Source of the DNA: an uncultured Actinomycetota bacterium
GTDB lineage: Bacteria; Actinomycetota; Actinomycetes; Mycobacteriales; Jatrophihabitantaceae
DNA length: 32,000 bases
Assembly (NCBI GenBank): GCA_963839175.1
Contig: CAWIUB010000012.1
Span: 10,105-42,104 of the forward strand
Direction: 5' to 3'
This document shows, piece by piece, positions 27,382-32,000 of this stretch (its first letter is position 1; every line of letters begins with the position of its first letter). Position numbers and translations under genes: made by a program. The notes below the pieces were generated by a model that saw nothing but the letters and a program-made list of their open reading frames with translations, had not been told where the DNA came from and did no database searches.

Positions 27382-27657
27382 CCCTTGACTGCTCCTTGCA
27401 CGAGCCTGGCGAGAGTGTAGAGCTCGTCTTGGAAGGGACCGTCGATTAACGTGAGGTAGACGTACGGACAATCGCTCTTGCCACGGCGATGACGAGCGAG
27501 TAGACATTGCGCTACGCCGATCCGAAAGGTGAGGCGGGATCGGATGAAGAGCCAGTTCGGCCCGGCGGGGAAACCCGACCAGGAACTGCGGGTGACGACG
27601 CAGCGGAATGGTCCCGACTCCGTGAAGGTTTGGAAGCGTCACGTGCCCGAACCGACC

Positions 27658-27692
27658 GTGGGCCCCTCGAACTCATACTTCGAGGGGCCCAC
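27658..27692 (+). terminator. perfect 14-bp GC-rich hairpin (GTGGGCCCCTCGAA / TTCGAGGGGCCCAC, 7-nt loop), terminator-like
   Basis: Read directly. On the + strand it is followed by ACCTTTGT (short U run). No annotated + strand gene lies upstream of it. Confidence 0.4.
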
Positions 27693-27957
27693 ACCTTTGT
27701 ACCCGCCAGAAGGCGCATCGCCGGGTAGGCGCGCGCAATGCTGTGGCGCCCGCCACAGGCCCGCCCCCCGTTCCGCATCGGCGGGCGCGGTCGGGTCGAC
27801 GAGCGCGACATGGCAGAATGCCGGACTGAGTACCGGCGGTACCGGTCAGCGTGTGGCCCCTCTCACCACCGCTGGCCAGTCCATCCGGACATGGCTCGGC
27901 TGAGTTCCCCCACAGTCGTGCCGTGTCCATTCCTGCAACCTCTGGAGCACCCTTCTC

Positions 27958-28464
27958 GTGGCAACCAAGATCAAGCTCATGCGTCTGGGCAAGATGCGCG
28001 AGCCGCACTACCGCATCGTCGTGGCCGATGCGCGGACGAAGCGCGACGGCCGGTCGATCGAGACGATCGGCGAGTACCACCCCAAGAACGATCCATCCGT
28101 GATCAAGGTCGATCCCGAACGTGCGGCCTACTGGCTCGGCGTCGGCGCCCAGCCGACCGAGGCTGTCGCAGCGATTCTGCGTGCCACCGGCGATTGGCAG
28201 AAGTTCAAAGGTGAGCCCGCACCCGATCCGCTCAAGATCGCAGCGGCCAAGCCCGACAAGCGCGAGCGCTTCACCGCGGCGCTGGCCGAGACGTCCGGTG
28301 AGCCAGCGACCGAGGCGACCACGCCAAGGAAGCGGGCCGCGAAGAAGGTGGCCGGACCCGAGGAGACAGCGCCGATTGCAGAACAGCCGACCACCGAGGC
28401 AACGGCGCCGCAGCCGACAGCCCAGGTAACGGCCGAGCTGGCCGGCGAGCAGACGGACAGCTGA
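27958..28464 (+). CDS. rpsP: 30S ribosomal protein S16 with Ala/Pro/Glu-rich C-terminal extension
   Basis: [46 protein letters not shown] start. Confidence 0.95.
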   Translation: MATKIKLMRLGKMREPHYRIVVADARTKRDGRSIETIGEYHPKNDPSVIKVDPERAAYWLGVGAQPTEAVAAILRATGDWQKFKGEPAPDPLKIAAAKPDKRERFTAALAETSGEPATEATTPRKRAAKKVAGPEETAPIAEQPTTEATAPQPTAQVTAELAGEQTDS

Positions 28465-28465
28465 C

Positions 28466-28702
28466 GTGCTCGAGGAGGCCCTCGAGCACCTGGTGCGCGG
28501 CATCGTGGACCATCCCGACGACGTCCGCGTGGACCTGGTCAACAATCGGCGCGGTCACCGGCTCGAGGTCCGCGTGCATCCCGACGACCTCGGCCGGGTG
28601 ATCGGGCGTAACGGCCGGACCGCCAAGGCGCTGCGTCAGGTCGTGACCGGAGTGGGCGGCAAGGGGATCCGGGTCGACGTCGTCGACGTCGACCGGCGTT
28701 AA
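28466..28702 (+). CDS. KH-domain RNA-binding protein (UPF0109)
   Basis: HPDDLGRVIGRNGRTAKALRQVV (GxxG KH motif). Conserved position between rpsP and rimM. Confidence 0.85.
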   Translation: MLEEALEHLVRGIVDHPDDVRVDLVNNRRGHRLEVRVHPDDLGRVIGRNGRTAKALRQVVTGVGGKGIRVDVVDVDRR

Positions 28703-28747
28703 CGGATCGCCCTCGCTCTAGGTTGCTGAGCGGATCATGATCGTGAC

Positions 28748-29275
28748 GTGGACACAGATCGCGCCCCCGAACTGATCGTGATCGGCAGGATCGGCCCCGC
28801 TCATGGAGTGCGCGGGGCGGTCTTCGTCGTGCCCTTGACGGACGACCCTGACGAGCGATTCGCCGCCGGAACCGTGCTGCGTACCGATCCGGCCGACGTC
28901 GGGCCGCTGACCATCGCGTCCTCGCGGCTGCACAGCGGACGCCTGGTCGTGCAGTTCGCTGGCGTTACCGCCCGGGCGGGCGCCCAGGCTCTGCGCGGCA
29001 CGCAGCTCATGATCCGGGCGGCCGACCGCCGCCCACTCGAGGATCCCGATGAGTTCTACGACACCGAGCTGATCGGGCTGCGCGCCTCGACGCCGGACGG
29101 CCGTGAGCTCGGCCCGGTGCGCGATGTCTTCCACGCACCAGCCACCGACTACCTGATCCTCGATGTGGACGGTCGGGAGCGGCTCGTCCCGTTCGTCGCC
29201 GCGATCGTGCCGACCGTGGACCTGGCCGCCGGCACGGTCCTGATCGACCCGCCCGAGGGGCTGTTCGACCTGTGA
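28748..29275 (+). CDS. rimM: 16S rRNA processing protein RimM
   Basis: [22 protein letters not shown]-barrel C-terminal part. Conserved position. Confidence 0.85.
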   Translation: MDTDRAPELIVIGRIGPAHGVRGAVFVVPLTDDPDERFAAGTVLRTDPADVGPLTIASSRLHSGRLVVQFAGVTARAGAQALRGTQLMIRAADRRPLEDPDEFYDTELIGLRASTPDGRELGPVRDVFHAPATDYLILDVDGRERLVPFVAAIVPTVDLAAGTVLIDPPEGLFDL

Positions 29276-29976
29276 ATGAGTTGACGCTCGACGTCGTCAC
29301 GATCTTTCCGGAGTACCTGGCCCCGCTGCGCCAGTCCCTGCTTGGCAAGGCGATCGCCCGCGGCCAGGTGACGATGAGGGTGCACGACCTGCGCGACTTC
29401 ACGGACGACCCGCACCGCACCGTCGACGACACCCCGTACGGCGGCGGTCCCGGCATGGTGATGCTGCCTGAGCCGTGGGGGCGGGTGCTGGACCAGATCT
29501 CCCCACCCGACGCCTTGGTCCAGCCCCGGCTCGTCGTGCCGACGCCCGCGGGGCGGCCGTTCACCCAGACGGTGGCGACGCAGTTGGCCGGAGAACCATG
29601 GCTGGTCTTCGCATGCGGCCGTTACGAGGGCATCGACGCTCGGGTAGCCGACTACGCCGCGAGCCGGATGCGGGTGGACGAGATCAGCCTGGGCGACTAT
29701 GTGCTGGCCGGCGGGGAGGTCGCGGTGCTGGTCATCGTCGAAACGGTCACCCGGCTGCTGCCGGGTGTCCTGGGCAACGTCGACTCGGCGGCCGACGACT
29801 CGTTCGGCGAGCGCACCGCGGGACTGCTCGAAGCGCCCGCGTACACCAGGCCGCCGACCTGGCGTGGCCTGGACGTCCCGCCGGTGCTGCTGTCCGGCCA
29901 TCACGGCGAGATTGCCCGGTGGCGGGCCGAGCAGTCCCGGTTGCGCACCGCGCAACGGCGTCCGGATCTGCTCTGA
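29272..29976 (+). CDS. trmD: tRNA (guanine37-N1)-methyltransferase
   Basis: [49 protein letters not shown] 29272 overlaps the rimM TGA (GTGA). Confidence 0.9.
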   Translation: MNELTLDVVTIFPEYLAPLRQSLLGKAIARGQVTMRVHDLRDFTDDPHRTVDDTPYGGGPGMVMLPEPWGRVLDQISPPDALVQPRLVVPTPAGRPFTQTVATQLAGEPWLVFACGRYEGIDARVADYAASRMRVDEISLGDYVLAGGEVAVLVIVETVTRLLPGVLGNVDSAADDSFGERTAGLLEAPAYTRPPTWRGLDVPPVLLSGHHGEIARWRAEQSRLRTAQRRPDLL

Positions 29977-30153
29977 TCGGGCTGGTGCCCGGTTTCGAGT
30001 TGCCGGGCGCGCTATGGCACCATTGACGGGTTGCCCGGGCGCCATCGAGTGTCCGGGAACGGCCCTCCGTGCGAATCCTGCAGCGATGGTGCGCTGCGCG
30101 GCGCTCGGGCCCGGGGTCGCGAGAGTCGAATTGCCGAAGGAAGCGAAGCTGCC

Positions 30154-30510
30154 ATGAACACCCTCGACAGCCTGGACGCCGCGTCCCTGCGCGACGACGT
30201 TCCCGACTTTCGCGCGGGAGACACCCTCAAGGTGCACGTGCGCGTCGTCGAGGGCGCCCGGTCGCGCATCCAGGTCTTCCAAGGCGTCGTCATCCGCCGC
30301 CAGGGCGCCGGCTCCCGCGAGACCTTCACGGTCCGCAAGGTGAGCTTCGGCGTCGGCGTCGAGCGCACGTTCCCGGTGCACACCCCGGTCATCAACAAGA
30401 TCGAGGTCGTCACGCGAGGGGACGTGCGCCGGGCCAAGCTGTACTACCTGCGTGACCTGCGCGGCAAGGCAGCCAAGATCAAGGAGAAGCGCGAGACCGT
30501 CGCCCGCTGA
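30154..30510 (+). CDS. rplS: 50S ribosomal protein L19
   Basis: [33 protein letters not shown]...[18 protein letters not shown]. Start trimmed to ATG 30154. Confidence 0.95.
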   Translation: MNTLDSLDAASLRDDVPDFRAGDTLKVHVRVVEGARSRIQVFQGVVIRRQGAGSRETFTVRKVSFGVGVERTFPVHTPVINKIEVVTRGDVRRAKLYYLRDLRGKAAKIKEKRETVAR

Positions 30511-30530
30511 CCACCGGCGACGATATAGGC

Positions 30531-31571
30531 ATGGGCGCCGAGCGCGAACATTTCCCCCGCGATCCCGAGTTGGAGTCCGACAGCTCGGCGCACGACGGCG
30601 AGCTGGCCGAATCGATCGCCCTCGGCGACGCCGGTCTCACCCCGGCCGAACCGGCACCGGGCACCACCCCGCCGTCGCCTCCCGCACCCTCGCCTCCCGC
30701 ACCCTCGCCTCCCGCCGACCGGGCGGATGAACCGCGCCGACCGGCGAAGGCGAAGAAGAAGAAGAAGAAGACACCCTGGTGGGAGCTGCCGGTACTGGTT
30801 GCCGTCGCCATCGCCGTAGCGGTGTTGATCAAGACGTTCCTGGTGCAGCCGTTCTTCATTCCATCCGAGTCGATGGAGCGGACGCTGCACGGATGCGCCG
30901 GCTGTTCGGGCGACCGGATCATCGTCAACAAGCCGATCTACCACCTGCGTGACCCACACCCTGGCGACATCGTCGTCTTCCGCGCCCCGACCGAGCAGTG
31001 GTTCAACGAACCGCTGCCGTCGCAGCCCAGCAACCCGATCCTGAAAGGACTACGGTGGTTTGGGCAGCTGGTGGGCTTCGTGCCGCCGGACGAGCACGAC
31101 CTCGTCAAACGGGTCATCGCGACCGGCGGGCAGACGATCAAGTGCTGCGACGCGAACGGCGACATCCAGATCAGCAACAGCGGGCCGTCCGGGCCGTGGC
31201 GGTCGCTATCGGAGCCGTATGTCTCCTCGCAGCTCACCGGCGCGGCCGCGACCTTCGGGCCGGTCACTGTGCCCACCGGCCGGCTGTGGGTGATGGGGGA
31301 CAACCGCGCCCATTCCGAGGACTCACGGTGGCACTACCTGAACGACTACAAGGGCGACGCCGTCGACAGCACCGTCCCCAACGGCCGGGTGGTCGGCAAG
31401 GCCGTTCTCATCGCCTGGCCACCGTCTCGGTGGCGCACGCTCGGCACGCCCGCGACCTTCAAGGCGGCCAGCGCCCTGGGTGCCGCTAGTACGGTCACCG
31501 GTTCGGCGGCCGCGCTCGTGCTGCCGGTGTTCTTCATCCGCCGGCGTCGCCGGCGACGCCACACCTCATGA
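30531..31571 (+). CDS. lepB: signal peptidase I
   Basis: S26 motifs IPSESMERTL, GDRIIVNK, DLVKRVIATGGQT, GDNRAHSEDSRWH. Closely resembles M. tuberculosis LepB by eye, including the long acidic/Pro-rich N-terminal extension. Confidence 0.9.
   Translation: MGAEREHFPRDPELESDSSAHDGELAESIALGDAGLTPAEPAPGTTPPSPPAPSPPAPSPPADRADEPRRPAKAKKKKKKTPWWELPVLVAVAIAVAVLIKTFLVQPFFIPSESMERTLHGCAGCSGDRIIVNKPIYHLRDPHPGDIVVFRAPTEQWFNEPLPSQPSNPILKGLRWFGQLVGFVPPDEHDLVKRVIATGGQTIKCCDANGDIQISNSGPSGPWRSLSEPYVSSQLTGAAATFGPVTVPTGRLWVMGDNRAHSEDSRWHYLNDYKGDAVDSTVPNGRVVGKAVLIAWPPSRWRTLGTPATFKAASALGAASTVTGSAAALVLPVFFIRRRRRRRHTS
30675..30715 (+). repeat. 15-bp tandem repeat TCGCCTCCCGCACCC, about 2.7 copies, inside lepB (encodes SPPAP repeats)
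   Basis: Units at 30675-30689 and 30690-30704 are identical. A partial third unit spans 30705-30715. Confidence 0.85.
30753..30770 (+). repeat. (AAG)6 microsatellite inside lepB (encodes KKKKKK)
   Basis: Six in-frame AAG codons read directly. An A-rich simple repeat is unusual in this GC-rich context. Confidence 0.85.
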
Positions 31572-32000
31572 CGGTCACCCGCGTCGGCGCCCGGGTCCTG
31601 CTGGTGGACGAGCACGCCCGCGTGCTGCTGATCCAGGAGCGGATCGAAGGCCCGTCGGGCCTGCACTGGCTGACGCCGGGTGGGGGTGTCGAGCCCGGCG
31701 AGAACCTGGCCGTCGCGGCCGCTCGCGAGGTTTTCGAAGAGACCGGCATCGGGGTCGAGCTGCCGCCCGACGCGCCGGTCGTGCACCGCCAGCGGCGGGT
31801 ATGGACCTGGCAGGGCGTGACGTACGAGCAGCTCGACCACTTCTTCCTCGCGGCCGTCGCAAGCGCCACAGCGATTACCCCGGCGCTGCTGACCCCGATG
31901 GAGCAGGAGACGCTCATCGGCCATCGGTGGTGGTCGGCCGACGAAGTGCGGGAAAGCGCCGACACGTTCGAGCCACCGGATCTGGCACAGATTCTCGGGG
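31568..32000 (+). CDS. Nudix hydrolase (3' end cut by window)
   Basis: Not in the ORF track because there is no stop in the window. My translation from ATG 31568 is MTVTRVGARVLLVDEHARVLLIQER...LTPGGGVEPGENLAVAAAREVFEETGIGVE, a full Nudix box GX5EX7REUXEEXGU. The ATG overlaps the lepB TGA (ATGA). Confidence 0.8.
   Translation, partial: MTVTRVGARVLLVDEHARVLLIQERIEGPSGLHWLTPGGGVEPGENLAVAAAREVFEETGIGVELPPDAPVVHRQRRVWTWQGVTYEQLDHFFLAAVASATAITPALLTPMEQETLIGHRWWSADEVRESADTFEPPDLAQILG

Noticed and set aside
27741-27786. Possible 6C-type or SRP (4.5S) RNA in the gap upstream of rpsP, suggested by a C-rich hairpin loop and the usual ffh-rpsP neighbourhood
   Set aside because: There is only one short C-run hairpin rather than the two conserved C-rich loops of 6C RNA. 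I could not find the conserved SRP domain IV sequence. No ffh gene is present here.
27529-27903. 124-aa + strand ORF spanning the long rpsP upstream gap (and 27512..27811 on the minus strand)
   Set aside because: No recognisable motifs. Third-position GC decays after the first ~40 codons. The perfect 14-bp hairpin lies inside it. I kept it only as an unresolved possibility in the intergenic finding.
30675-30770. Tandem repeats considered as a possible CRISPR or other repeat array
   Set aside because: The repeats are short (15 bp and 3 bp), directly adjacent without spacers, in frame inside lepB, and translate to SPPAP and poly-Lys. They are coding simple-sequence repeats, not a CRISPR array.

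Overview
High-GC (about 70% by eye) actinobacterial chromosomal DNA, almost fully coding, about 40 genes, many joined by 4-nt ATGA/GTGA start-stop overlaps. Left third: a nickel-pincer-nucleotide (NPN) cofactor cluster (larA, an OtsB-like HAD phosphatase, larE, larB, convergent larC); a two-globin pair (truncated haemoglobin N plus a globin-FNR fusion); a DivIVA-domain protein; a small muconolactone-isomerase-like protein; an XRE regulator; an FbpABC-like ABC importer. Middle: an orphan hypA-hypB-hypC-unknown metallocentre maturation module with no hydrogenase genes in the window; a low-GC vapBC toxin-antitoxin cassette; a phenylacetate module (paaI-paaR divergent from paaABCDE); a heavily decayed acyl-CoA ligase relic. 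Right third is mostly housekeeping: CapA-like lipoprotein, DUF2237, thrS, HIT protein, amidohydrolase, GH1 beta-glucosidase, a 576-bp structured non-coding gap, then rpsP-KH-rimM-trmD-rplS-lepB and a Nudix gene cut by the window end. I found no rRNA, tRNA, CRISPR array, transposase or integrase. I do not see a clear new defence-type system. The best candidates for undescribed biology are (i) the hypABC module with an uncharacterised Cys/His-rich partner protein, and (ii) the lar cluster with an embedded sugar-phosphatase-like gene, next to a flavohaemoglobin-like pair. All family assignments come from motif recognition by eye. No database search was run.
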